A stretch of 63,072 nucleotides of DNA, the filler included, from Guillardia theta CCMP2712 (taxonomy: Eukaryota; Protista; Cryptophyta), in assembly GCF_000315625.1 (NCBI RefSeq). It is 8 parts of 8 records of this genome, joined end to end, with 100 filler letters (N's around TTAATTAATTAA, not from the genome) between each part and the next. Parts side by side here need not be neighbours in the genome. Positions count along the whole stretch, not along the records: positions 35,447 to 39,574 come from NW_005434145.1; positions 39,675 to 43,622 come from NW_005434414.1; positions 43,723 to 58,071 come from NW_005434659.1; 5 more parts are not named here. The stretch is one strand, 5' to 3'. Both the position numbers and the translations under genes were made by a program. Below, piece after piece: positions 37,678 to 49,329 of the stretch. A model generated the notes under the pieces. That model saw nothing but the letters and a program-made list of their open reading frames with translations. It was not told the origin of the DNA and did not search any database. Positions within the stretch are counted from its first letter, which is position 1. Every line of letters begins with the position of its first letter.

Positions 37678-39446
37678 ATGTCCAGAAGAATCCTCGTTAT
37701 CGGTGGTGTTGCCGGCGGTGCCTCTGCAGCTGCTCGTCTCCGCAGGTTGGACGAGAACGCTACCATCACTGTCTTCGAGAAGGGACCCTTCGTGTCCTTT
37801 GCCAACTGCGGTCTCCCCTACTACGTCGGAGACGTCATCAAGGATGACAAGGATCTTGTCATCGCTACCCCTGCTCGATTCAAGGAGCGCTTCAACATTG
37901 AGGTCAAGACCATGCACGAAGTCTTGAAGATCAACAAGGAAGACAAAACCATTGAGGTTAAGGACCTCAACACTGATGACACCTCTGTCGAGAGCTACGA
38001 TGCTCTCGTGCTTGCTCCTGGTGCCTTCCCCATCCGCCCTCCTCTTCCCGGCATCGACCTCCCCGGAATCTTCCTCTTGCGCACCATCCCAGACAGTATG
38101 CAGATCCGTGCTTGGATGGATCAGTACAAGATCAAGAAAGCTGTTATCGTTGGCGGAGGCTTCATTGGCCTTGAGACCACTGAGAACCTCGTTCATCGTG
38201 GTGTTGAGGTGACCATCGTCGAGATGGGCACTCAAGTCCTCCCTCCTATGGATCCAGGTGCCTCCCTCAAGTCTTCTTTCGCTTGCTTGTACTGACGCAT
38301 ATGGGTCGCAGAGATGGCTGAGGTCCTTCACGAGCATTGCAAGGCCAAGGGCGTCAACCTCTGCTTGGGCGATGGCGTCGCCGGCTTCTACAAGACTGAC
38401 ACCGGCCTTGAGGTCGCTACTCAGTCGGGCGCTCGCTACCCATGCGACGTCGCCATCCTTGGCATCGGTGTCCGCCCTGAGACCAAGCTGGCCAAGGAGG
38501 CTGGGCTTGAGCTCGGCAAGCTGGGAGGGATCAAGGTTGACGAGCAGATGCGCACGTCTGACCCCAACATCTGGGCTGTGGGCGACGCAGTGGAAGTGAA
38601 GGACTTCGTGACGGGACAGATGGCGTTGATCCCCTTGGCCGGGCCTGCGAACCGTCAGGTGAGATGCGGTAGTGTGAGGTCGGGGAGGGGAGGCTGACTG
38701 GGAGTGCTCAGGGTCGCATTGCTGCCGACGCGATCAACGGGCGATCGAGCACCTTCCGTGGTGTGCAGGGCACTGCTGTGTGCGGAGTGTTCGACAAGGT
38801 GGCGGCGGCAACCGGAGCGAGCGAGAAGACGCTCAAGCGGTACGGGATCCCCTACGAGAAGGTCTACCTTCACCCCAACCATCACGTTGGCTACTTCCCC
38901 GGAGCCAGGAACATCAACTTCAAGCTTCTCTTCAACCCTCAGGACGGAAAGATCCTCGGAGCTCAGGCGATCGGAGAGGCTGGCGTGGAGAAGCGTATCG
39001 ACGTCGTTGCCATGGCGATCCAGCAGGGCATGACGGTGTACGACCTGGAGGAGTCAGAGCTGTGCTACGCTCCTCAGTTCGGAGCTGCCAAGGACCCTGT
39101 CAACCTTGCCGGTATGGTTGCCGCCAACTGCCTCCGCGGGGACGCTCCTGTGATTCAGTGGGAGCCGATCATCAAGGGGGAGTGCGACCCCAACCACGTG
39201 CTGGTGGACGTACGAACCAAGGGCGAGGTGGCAAACGGCATGTTCACTGGTGCTCGCAACATCCCCATCGATCAGATGCGCGAGCGCATGTCTGAGCTCC
39301 CCAAGGACAAGCCCATTTACGTGTACTGCGGGGTTGGAATCCGAGGATACAACGTGGTGCGCATGCTGAAGCAATGCGGGTATGACGCATACAACGTGCC
39401 GGGAGGATGGACTACATACAGTTTCTTGTCAAAGTGTGTCAAGTAG
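37678..39446 (+). CDS. CoA-disulfide reductase-rhodanese fusion (CoADR-RHD / Npsr-type persulfide reductase)
   Basis: GGVAGG, SFANCGLPY, GGGFIGLE, WAVGD, LAGPANRQG, LCYAPQF..AKDPVN, rhodanese YCGVGIRG. Introns 38258-38311 and 38659-38711. Confidence 0.95.
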
Positions 39447-39759
39447 ACTTGCTAGCTGATACTTCTGTTTTCTAATTTGAGTGAATTGTTTTTTGTTGAA
39501 TACATTTGGCACAAAATGAGAAGAAAACAAACAAAGAGACAGTTTCCAAATTTGTTGTCAAGGAAGAAAGAACANNNNNNNNNNNNNNNNNNNNNNNNNN
39601 NNNNNNNNNNNNNNNNNNTTAATTAATTAANNNNNNNNNNNNNNNNNNNNNNNNNNNNNNNNNNNNNNNNNNNNATCTTCTTCTCCTCCTCCTCCTCCTC
39701 ATGCTCCTCCTCATGCTCCTCCTTTTCCTCCTCCTCCATCTTCTCCTCTTCTCCTGACA

Positions 39760-42700
39760 CAACAAGTAGGAGGTAAACGTTCAGGACGATGACATTCAGT
39801 GCCGATACGAGTGGACCGTCCCCTCCCTCTGCCAGCAGCACCTCCAGCACACCCAAGACCTGCTGGTCGAGGACAAGGACGCTTTCTCGGCTCTCCTGCT
39901 GAACTACCTCAGCCAACGTATCACCTCCCTCCGCATCGCACAGGTCATCTCACTTCCTGCCTCCCCTCCAGCTGCCGTGTGACTATGTTTTCAGCTCAAG
40001 CTGAACCTGCAGCTGAGAATCTGCGGGAACTCGGACGACTTTGTGGCTGTCAGGAAGCACATTGCTGACAGGCTGCAGCTGGTGGACGTGGAGCTGGAGG
40101 AGCAGCAGAGGAGTCAGAGGGACCTCAAATCGTTGGAGGAGGGAGGAGGTGACAAGTCCCTGCTCTCCGCGTCTTGCTCGCTCGTGCAGTCGATGATCGC
40201 ACGATCATGGTCCCAGTGGAGCATGACGAGCTTCTTGAAGCAGCTACAGCACATGGGGTCGGCGAGGAGGAGGAGAGTGTTGGCGAGCATGAGCAGGGAC
40301 AGGGAGGAGCTGACGGCGCGAGAGAACGAGAGCAGTAAGGACAGCAGAGACAGCCTGGTCGTCTTCTCCTCCTCCTTCTCCTCCTCCTCGTTCACCGCCT
40401 CCTCCTTTGTCCCCCAGCTCTCGGCCAACGACAGGCAGCTGAAGTTCGAGCTGGAGGTGCTGCGGGGGGAGCTGAACATCGAGGAGAAGCCGGATGACAA
40501 CGACGGTTACAAGTTTGACAGATCCGTTTACAACCTGGTGCTCAGTCACACGGAGAACACCAACTTGGTCTTTGAGCATCTGAAGAAGAGATTGGCGACA
40601 AACAGAGTGAACAAAACATGGCGAGTGAAGGCGGAAGAAAAGCGGCAGAAGCTGTTTCCGAGGTAGATGATGTGATATCAAGAGTAGGCACGATGATGAT
40701 GATGATGGAGGAGGAGGTGGTGGTAGTGATGATGATGATGTTGATGATGGAGGAGGAGGGGTGGTGGTGGTGGTAGTGATGATGGAGGAGGTGGAGGAGG
40801 TGGTGGTGGTGGTGGTAGTGATGATGATGATGATGTAACGTATGATGACAATGATCTGTGACTCGAGCTGAAAGAGAGGCTATCAAGATGAAACCTGGTT
40901 CTAATTCCACATTGTGACGCTTGTATCATTGACTGTTCATCACTGATGTCAAAGAGACGTTGATCAGTGCGAAGAGAGATTAAAACATTCAAGTTCGTGA
41001 CGACACTCTTTCACTTTCTTCACAGGCACAGCAGGCACACAGAGTTTTAGATTCTCAACTCAGTTACCTCCAGCGGTCGTCTACCAGCGCAGACATCAAG
41101 AACGTGGGAGAAGAAATCGATGTTGACATCCGCATCAATTCTCCTCTCTATGCTGTTCTCAACCTGAGCCAACCTTCTGCTATGGGTGCGGCGTTGAAGC
41201 AGATTGCAGCAACTCACAACTCCAGGTCTGTCATTGTCACATTTGTGTTCTTTCTGTTTGAAATCCTTCATGAATTTCCTCCTCGTGTTTGTGTTAATGA
41301 CTTTCCAGGTTGAATGAGTGTTTGAAGAACCCCATCGTTGCCCATTTCGTCAAAAGTCAAATAGACATGGAGGTGAATGTTTTGGTGCCTTGTCTTGTCT
41401 TGTCTTGTATCGTCTTGTCTTTTCTTGTCTTGTATCGTCTTGTCTTGTCTTGTCTTGTCTTGTCTTGTCTTGTCTTGTCCTGTCCTGTCCTGTCCTGTCC
41501 TGTCTTATTTCTGCTTCTCTTTTCAAGGTTTTCGGCCGCAATTCCGTCGAGCTCAATCCTGAGTACCTCAAGGTACTTGAAATGTTTTTCTGTTTAATTG
41601 TCTTTTGATGCATCTTTTGTTCTCTTGCGTTGAAGTTCTGTCATTCTCATTTCAACTCTTCTGTCCATCTCTTCACATCACACTTCAGATTCCTCATAAC
41701 TACTTGTTCACTTGGCTGATCTGTTTCCGTTGTTGCCCTCATGCTCTTACACGACTCTGAAAGTTGTATGATGTTTTTCTGACATCTTTCTTTTCTTCTC
41801 CCTTCCGCTCTCGTCTCGCCTCCTCTTCTACTCTCCTCTCCTCTCCTCTCTTACTTTCTCTTCTCTCCTCTCCTGCTCTCCTCCCCGACTCTTCCACTCC
41901 GCTCTCCTCCCCTCCCTTCGTCAGGCTCTGTACTCCCTGAGGGTCCTGGTGATCAGGAGAAGCAGGAGGAGGATACTAGCGATCCTTAACGTGATGGGTA
42001 TCATACAGAAACAACTCGCAACCTGGACGGCGATGCTTCGATCATGGGAGAACGACAAGTTCGAAGACATCAATCTCGATCAGCAGGAGTGGAGGACGAT
42101 GATTGCAGACTACCACGAGTTCCATGTTGATGAGAATGGAGTTGTGCACAGTCATGACAAGGAAGGGTATGATGTGATCTACGAAGATACTGTCGACTTG
42201 TTCTACAAGCTCGAGACAAGACTGCTGCTGATTGCAACTCATTACATCAGGATGGCAGAGACAGAGTGCTTGCCAGACAAAGTCAGGTGCCTCCATAGCG
42301 CTTTCACATGCGAGCTCGCGTTCCAAGAAGCGAAACTAAACCTCATCGTTGCTCTTCTCGACACGTTCCATCACTGTGTTGATGTTGACGACTTGCGGGA
42401 GATCATTCAGAAGATCGTTGACCTGATACACTTACAAGTTCCCATCAGTCTCAGCTCTCCCTTCATCACATCAGCGTACAACCTGCAGATCTCAACACTG
42501 AAGAAGAAGACAGAGCTTCTTGAGGGCCTGATGGTGAACATTCGGAACGATCAGAGGCTGTACAGCAAACAACTCTCCTCCCTCTTTTCCCCGGACTTTT
42601 CAACCAGTGGCCTCCCCCTCCCTGTCTTCACAATCTCTCAGGCCATGACAGCTCGCATCTCCAGTCTGCACGTTCATCGTATCTTGTCTACTCAACCAGT

Positions 42701-43440
42701 CTCTCATCATATCTTGGGAGAGCTCTGCTCCTCCCTGTCCCGCGTCCACACCTGCCTCGATGTTTGTGACTATGTTGCTGATGACATCGTGACAGGACTG
42801 AGGTACAAATTTCCTCCTCCTTCCTCCTTCCTCCTTCCTCCTTCCTCCTTCCTCCTTCCGCCTTCCTCCTCAACTTCCTTCCTCCTCTACCTCCTTACTC
42901 TTCCTCCGCTTCAACCTCTCCCTCCTCCCTCCTCCTCCTCTCCCTCCTCCCTCCTCCTCCTCTCCCTCCTCCCTTTCCTGCACTCTTCCTCTGACGTTTT
43001 CTTCAGCTGCAGTACGGGATTAGTCTGGCTCAGCGCGGCAAAGAACGTTACGCAGGAAGCATGCGATCTTTTGAAAACTTGTGTCGAGAGTTCTACCAAG
43101 AGCTGGATCCAGAGAGTTGAGTTTGCAGACAATCCGTTTGTTGTTGTTCAAGTCCTAGAAGCTGCAATCTTGGGAGATCGCAACAAGAACCTTCCAATCG
43201 CTCAAAGGCAGTTTGTACATGCCAAGAGGATGGTTGATATCATATCCACAAGGTCTTGTTTGTGTTGTTGTCTTGCTTCTTTCTGATGACATCTCCAGAC
43301 AAAAATTGTGCGAGCTGATCGTGGAGATCGAAGCGATGAAAGAGGCGACAAAATCTTTTTGCGAGAGCTTTGACATCTCAAATGTTGATGATGAATCCTT
43401 TTTTCATCATATCAGCTCAGAACATGTCAAGTTCGGGCGT
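39760..43440 (+). CDS. CCDC162/DUF4549-like large protein, partial at both ends
   Basis: YSLRVL.IR..RRRILAILN, VIYED..D.FYKLETRLLLIATHYI, E..FQEAK..L...LDTFHH, I.DLI pattern resembles CCDC162. Confidence 0.55.
41390..41506. repeat. (TGTCT/TGTCC)n microsatellite in intron
   Basis: Direct observation. Confidence 0.9.
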
Positions 43441-43871
43441 GAGGTAGGAAACCTTCATCTGAATCTTCCTTGGCATGCATGTCTACCTATTCCTGTCTAT
43501 TCAACCATCATTCTTCATTACATCCGTTGCAATGTTTATCTTTGTTGCCACATCGATTGCATGTCTTCTCTTTCAGAGAACTGTTACACATTCCCACAAC
43601 AACCTCCCCTCTCCTCCTCCTCNNNNNNNNNNNNNNNNNNNNNNNNNNNNNNNNNNNNNNNNNNNNTTAATTAATTAANNNNNNNNNNNNNNNNNNNNNN
43701 NNNNNNNNNNNNNNNNNNNNNNCCTAACCCTTGAGCTAACCTAACCACCCCATCCACCACCCCCAGCTCTTCACCCTGCTATTGACCACCCCTTATTTGC
43801 ACTGAATAATCCTATGAATCGATGGGGTCATAAGGAAATGAGGTCCCATGAAGGAGTGATACTACCGCAAA

Positions 43872-44175
43872 GAGGGAGGGAGCGAGGGAGGGAGCGAGGG
43901 AGGGAGCGAGGGGAGGAGCGAGGGAGTGAGCGAGGGAACGAGAGGGAGCGAGAGGGATCGAGAGGGAGGGAGGGAGGGAGGGAGCGAGCGAGCGAGCGAG
44001 AGGGGGCGAGGGAGCGAAAGGGAGGGAGGGAGCGAGGGAGCGAAAGGGAGGGAGTGAGGGAGCGAAGGAGCGAGGGAGCGAAAGGGAGGGAGGGAGCGAG
44101 GGAGCGAAAGGGAGGGAGCGAGGGAGCGAAGGAGCGAGGGAGCGAGCGAGGGAGCGAAAGGGAGCGAGGGAGGGA
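43872..44175. repeat. GGGAGCGA/GGGA low-complexity satellite
   Basis: Direct observation. A similar GGCA/GGGA tract lies at 46635-47140. Confidence 0.85.
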
Positions 44176-44399
44176 GGTGAGGAAGAAGACAGGGACAGGG
44201 ACAGAGACAGAGACAAGGACCATGAATCAAGAGACCAAGAATAAAACGGCGGGGGGAAACGAGTATCTCGGGGTGTGTTGCGTACATGATGACTCAGAAA
44301 TAGATGTTTGTCAAGGTAAGAAGGAAGGAAGGGACAGCAAGCGTCTCTTACGGGAGATAGAGCATTTCGGATGTGGCAGTGTAGCTCATGGACCTGATC

Positions 44400-46070
44400 A
44401 TTGCTATTCTTCTTCCATCTCATCTTCCTGCTTGCCGTTGTGGTTGGCAGGCATAAAGGGAATGGAGATGAAGAAGTGTCGCAGTCGATGGAGAAGTCCG
44501 ACCCCTGACGCCATTTTCACACTCGGTCACACTCTGGGCTTCTAGGGAAGAGGAAAAGGTGAGGTGCAGTGACCACCAGGAGTTCAGGGTTCATCCTCGA
44601 GGTCCATGGCGAGACAACCACAACAAGCAAGGAGCATCAACAGCCGCAATCAGGTCACAGCAGTGGCATCGAGTCGCGCGACCAGGGGCCTCATGACGCA
44701 TGAGAGGGAAGGAAGCTTCTTGACGAGAAGACGTTCGGACAAACATGTGCGCGGCAATCATACCATGAACGGGCAGTGACGTGTCTCCTGCAGAAGGCAA
44801 AGCGTGAAGTCACTCGAAGAAGAGCTTTGTATGAGGCTCCGCACATGAATCGCAAGCGAAGGCGCTCAGCCTTCATAGTTTCATGCATGCAGGGCAGAAC
44901 CATCTGGACATGAGAAGAGCCTGAGAGCGTTCAAAACTTCAAAGCATTGAAAACGTGCTTTGATCATGGCAATTGATTGAAATTATACAAGTGAAAGAAC
45001 AAGCGAGAAGCGACGATCACGCCTCAGGATATCCGATCAGCCCGCGAGGCGGAAACCCAAAGTCCTTTGTCTTGATCCCCTGCATCACAGACCGAGAGTG
45101 AGACTCAAACCTCTTTCTCTCCTCAACTTCTTTCTCTCCTCAACTTCTTTCTCTCCTCGACTTCTTTCTCTCCTCAACCTCTTTCTCTCCTCGACTTCTT
45201 TCTCTCCTCGACTTCTTTCTCTCCTCGACTTCTCTGCTCTCCTCGACTTCTCTGCTCTCCTCGACTTCTCTGCTCTCACCATCTTCTTCAATTTTTCATC
45301 CATTTCGTCCCAGTCTGTCTCGTCACCTTCGTCTTGACACTTTTCATTCTACGAAAAAGTTAGGAGAACACAAGGTCAACTCACAAACTCACTCTATCGT
45401 ATCCCCCGTAACTCACATCAATGAGCGCATCCCTGTGCCTGCGATCGTGCAAGTTGACATAGATACACGCAGGGGCAAAACCTACTTGGATCCAAGAGCT
45501 TGTACGATGTAATACAATCCCTCATTTCCGATGCTGTTCCAAGAAAGATACACTTCTTTGAGGTCCTTGTGCTGTTTGATCCACCTTGCCACGGCCTGCA
45601 GGTAGCAGCGCCTTGAGTGAATGGCTAGTTAGATAACGGAGGACCTTTGCGCCGCCCGGTCCAATGCAGTTGTTGCGCAGGTCGAGAGCTTCCACAGACT
45701 GTCCAGCGGATTCAATTAAATTGCAAGCACGGCAGTACATGTTACCGAAGCACTGTTGCTTAAGATCTCTTCCATCAATTTCTGACATCCGTCGGCGTGA
45801 ATGAAATTGTTGCTCAGAATCAAGGTTGAGCAGTAAATATTCTTCTTAAATCCCTTGGCAATGTTCTTTATCTCGTTGTCTCCCACGCCATTGAAAGACA
45901 GATTGATCTGATCTTGTATCATCTTACAAAACAAAACAGACAGCCAATCTACCACAGCCGAAGGGCTTGTCTCGATCGCTTTTCCAAACTTTGAGGCATC
46001 GTTACAAGTCAACCAACCGGTGAAATCTTCTTCTCGCGTCCTGCAAGTCAAATACATGGTTTCTCTCAGC
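44400..46070 (-). CDS. RNI-like leucine-rich-repeat protein, 5' partial
   Basis: INLSFNGVGDNE, LILSNNFIHADG, LDLRNNCIGPGGAK, VYLSWNSIGNEG. 3' end uncertain. Confidence 0.75.
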
Positions 46071-47384
46071 GGTTGGGGATTACCCAAGTCAAGTCAATCG
46101 GCATTTCGTTTTGCATCAGAGTCTAGCTCCGCCTCTCCCTTACTGACCCCCTCCTTGCTACCTTCCCCCTCCCTTCTTCTCCCTCCTCCTTCCCCCTCCC
46201 TTCTTCTCCCTCCTCCTTCCCCCTCCCTTCTTCTCCCTNNNNNNNNNNNNNNNNNNNNNNNNNNNNNNNNNNNNNNNNNNNNNNNNNNNNNNNNNNNNNN
46301 NNNNNNNNNNNNNNNNNNNNNNNNNNNNNNNNNNNNNNNNNNNNNNNNNNNNNNNNNNNNNNNNNNNNNNNNNNNNNNNNNNNNNNNNNNNNNNNNNNNN
46401 NNNNNNNNNNNNNNNNNNNNNNNNNNNNNNNNNNNNNNNNNNNNNNNNNNNNNNNNNNNNNNNNNNNNNNNNNNNNNNNNNNNNNNNNNNNNNNNNNNNN
46501 NNNNNNNNNNNNNNNNNNNNNNNNNNNNNNNNNNNNNNNNNNNNNNNNNNNNNNNNTTAGAACATGAGTGGGGATGTGGTCGTGGCTTCCATGCTGCACA
46601 ACGAAAATATGTTTAGAGTAGGAGGTAGGGAGGAGTGAGAAGAGGCAGGCAGGCAGGCAATCTGTCAGGGGGAGAGAGGATAGGAGAGGAGGGAGGCAGG
46701 CAGGCAGACAGGCATGGGGAGAGAGGAGAGGAGAGGAGGGAGGCAGTCAGGCAGACAGGCAGGCAGGCAGGGAGGGAGGGAGGGAGGCAGACAGGCAGGG
46801 AGGGAGGGAGGGAGGCAGGCAGGCAGGGGGAGAGAGGAGAGGAGAGGAGGGAGGCAGACAGGCAGACAGGCAGGCAGGCAGGCAGGGAGGCAGGGAGGCA
46901 GGCAGGCAGGCAGGGAGAAGAGGCATGGAGGCAGGCAGGGAGGCAGGGAGGCAGGGAGAGGAGGCAGGCAGGGAGGCTGGCAGGGGAGGGAGGGAGAGAG
47001 AAGAGGGTGGGAGGGAGGGAAAAGGGAGGCAGGCAGGCAGGGAGGGAGGGAGGCAGGCAGGCAGGGGGGGAGGAGGGAGAAAGCGAGCGAGTAAGCGAGC
47101 GAGCAAGCGAGCAAGAAAGGGCGTGAGGGAGGGAGCGAGGGCGAGATGAGATGAAAGTAGATGAGATGAGAGTAGATGAGAGTAGAGTAGATGAGATGAG
47201 GTATCGAGAGTGTATGAAGTGGAAAGCTATCTAGGCGAGGCATGGATACGCAGACATACCCAAGGAATGCAGTAGGCATGTAACTTGTCCTGCAAGGAGG
47301 ATGCAAGAGATATATTCGCGGAGAAGTGATGAAACAAACAAGGTCGCTTCTACAATATGCTCACATGGCTCAAGTCAGGTACTC

Positions 47385-48968
47385 ATGGCCACAGAAGCAC
47401 GGCGACCTTCCAATAGCAACGCGAGCGTGGGCAGCCCGTTGAGAACCAGTGACAACCGCTCAAAGCAGGTGGAGTGATCTGCTCTGTTTGCAGCAACAAC
47501 TCACGATTTTCCGTGGAAGTCACCAAAGGCTGAGCCGCTGTGGAAGACTTGGGACCATTTGTCGTTGAAGCATGGAGAGCACGCGACAGTCTATCACACC
47601 AACGGCGACAAGTGAAGGGGAACCGATCGATGGAGCTTTTCTTGATGGAGTCGTTGCAGATACCGCGGACAGTATGAGGGGAACATGAAATGCGGTCAAG
47701 GGACCCTCCTGTTCAAGAATGGCGACAAGTATGAAGGCGAGTTCAGAGAAGACATGCAGGTGATGGCATGAGATAATCCCTGCCCTCCACTCCTCCTCGA
47801 TTACCTTGCTCGCCCATCCCTTTAGCTCTCCTCTCTTCATCCCTTTACTCTTCTCTCTTCATCCCTTTAGCTCTTCTCTCTTCATCCCTTTAGCTCTCCT
47901 CTCTTCATCCCTTTAGCTCTCTTCTCTCCTCTCTTCATCCCGTTACTCTTCTCTCTTCATCCCTTTACTCTCCTCTCTTCTTTCTTCAGTCTGGCTTCGG
48001 GACGCACTGGACAAACGTGCAAGGAAAGCTTATCCTGCAGTATCGTGGAAGCTTTTGGCAGGGGAGGCGGCATGGGCATGTGAGTGTGCTTCCTGTCTAG
48101 CGCGGGCCTCATGCTGAGCAGGGCATCTTTGCATACAAGGATGGGGGAAAGTACGACGGAGAGTGAGACGCTTGCTTGCTCGCTGCTCCTCCTGACCCGT
48201 GACCGTCAGATGGCAAAACGGCAAAAGACATGGCGAGGGAAGAATGAACTACACCGACGGGACTGTACTGCTCTTCTCTTGTCTGGTCTCGGCATCTGAC
48301 TTCGCTCTCAAGGTTTACGAGGGAATGTGGGAGAATGGAAAGCGGCATGGAGCTGGAACGCTGTTCCTGGCAAACGGTGACGTGTATCAGGTGAGCCAAG
48401 GAGGGCAGCGGGAGGGAGGGCATGGCAGGTTGATGTAGCTCAGGGCGACTACGCCCTGGACCTGAAAGATGGCCCTGGCACTTTCTTCTACGTCTCCAAG
48501 AAGAAGCGGTGAAGGAGCAGCAGCCCAGCCTTGTGCTCACCTGCGACCTCGCCAGGTACGACGGCGTGTGGAGCAAGGACGTGGCAAAGTGCGGGCTCTA
48601 CGGCAGCATCGAGACGGACGGGGACTGCGGTCTGCCTGGTCTACAGCTGCTTGAGCCCATGGCAGTCCTGGAAGAGCAAGCGTATAAGCTGCAGGTGACA
48701 CGACCAGCGGGATGCATGTCGTTGTGACCCTGAGCTACAGCATGAGCGCGCTGCTGAGCACAGCATGAGGAGCGAGGGAGGAGAAGGCAACGACCTCACC
48801 CGACAAGTGGAAGAGAGGAATGTGGACGGGCACGGGACGACCGGCGGGTCGTTGGGAATTGTTCACGAGCGGGAGGAGGAAAGCTTCAACATAGAAAGCA
48901 ACTCGATGCTTGAGAGCGAGCAAGAGGAAGTCGATGATTACCTTGATGAACAAGAAGTTGAGCAATAA
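47385..48968 (+). CDS. MORN-repeat protein (MORN3-like)
   Basis: PLWKTWD..K.G, repeated YEGEW..GKRHG.G motifs, YDGVW..DVAKCG, LP.L.L..P. Stop at 48968. Confidence 0.85.
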
Positions 48969-49085
48969 ACCTTACACGCCATGACCAATAAACCTTAAAC
49001 GCACTTACACGCCATGACCAATAAACCTTAAACGCACTTACACGCCATGACCAATAAACCTTAAACGCACTTACACGCCATGACA
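48964..49085 (+). repeat. 33-bp tandem repeat containing AATAAA
   Basis: caataaaccttaaacgcacttacacgccatgac x3, plus a shortened first copy. Confidence 0.9.
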
Positions 49086-49228
49086 GTCATGACCCTCCTC
49101 GTCGTTTCCCTCCCTCTCCTTCACACCTGCACTGCGCTACAGGTCTAGTGGTTTCCCTTGTCCCTCATCCCTGCCTCTCTTCAACGGATTTCCTCCATTA
49201 GCGTGTAGGGCCGCCGCCTTTACCTGTC

Positions 49229-49278
49229 ATGGACGCAGACGCTTGGCCGCCACTGTACGAGGTGCCTCCCACTTCCTC

Positions 49279-49329
<51 letters not shown>

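Noticed and set aside
37678-39446. Bacterial contaminant contig
   Set aside because: The gene has two GT-AG introns and is contiguous with the eukaryotic FKBP gene.
43723-43750. Telomere-like cctaaccc
   Set aside because: Only two or three degenerate units at a contig edge.
43812-47306. Long ORFs rich in R/G/E or P/S/L
   Set aside because: Translations of GA/CT satellites, not proteins.
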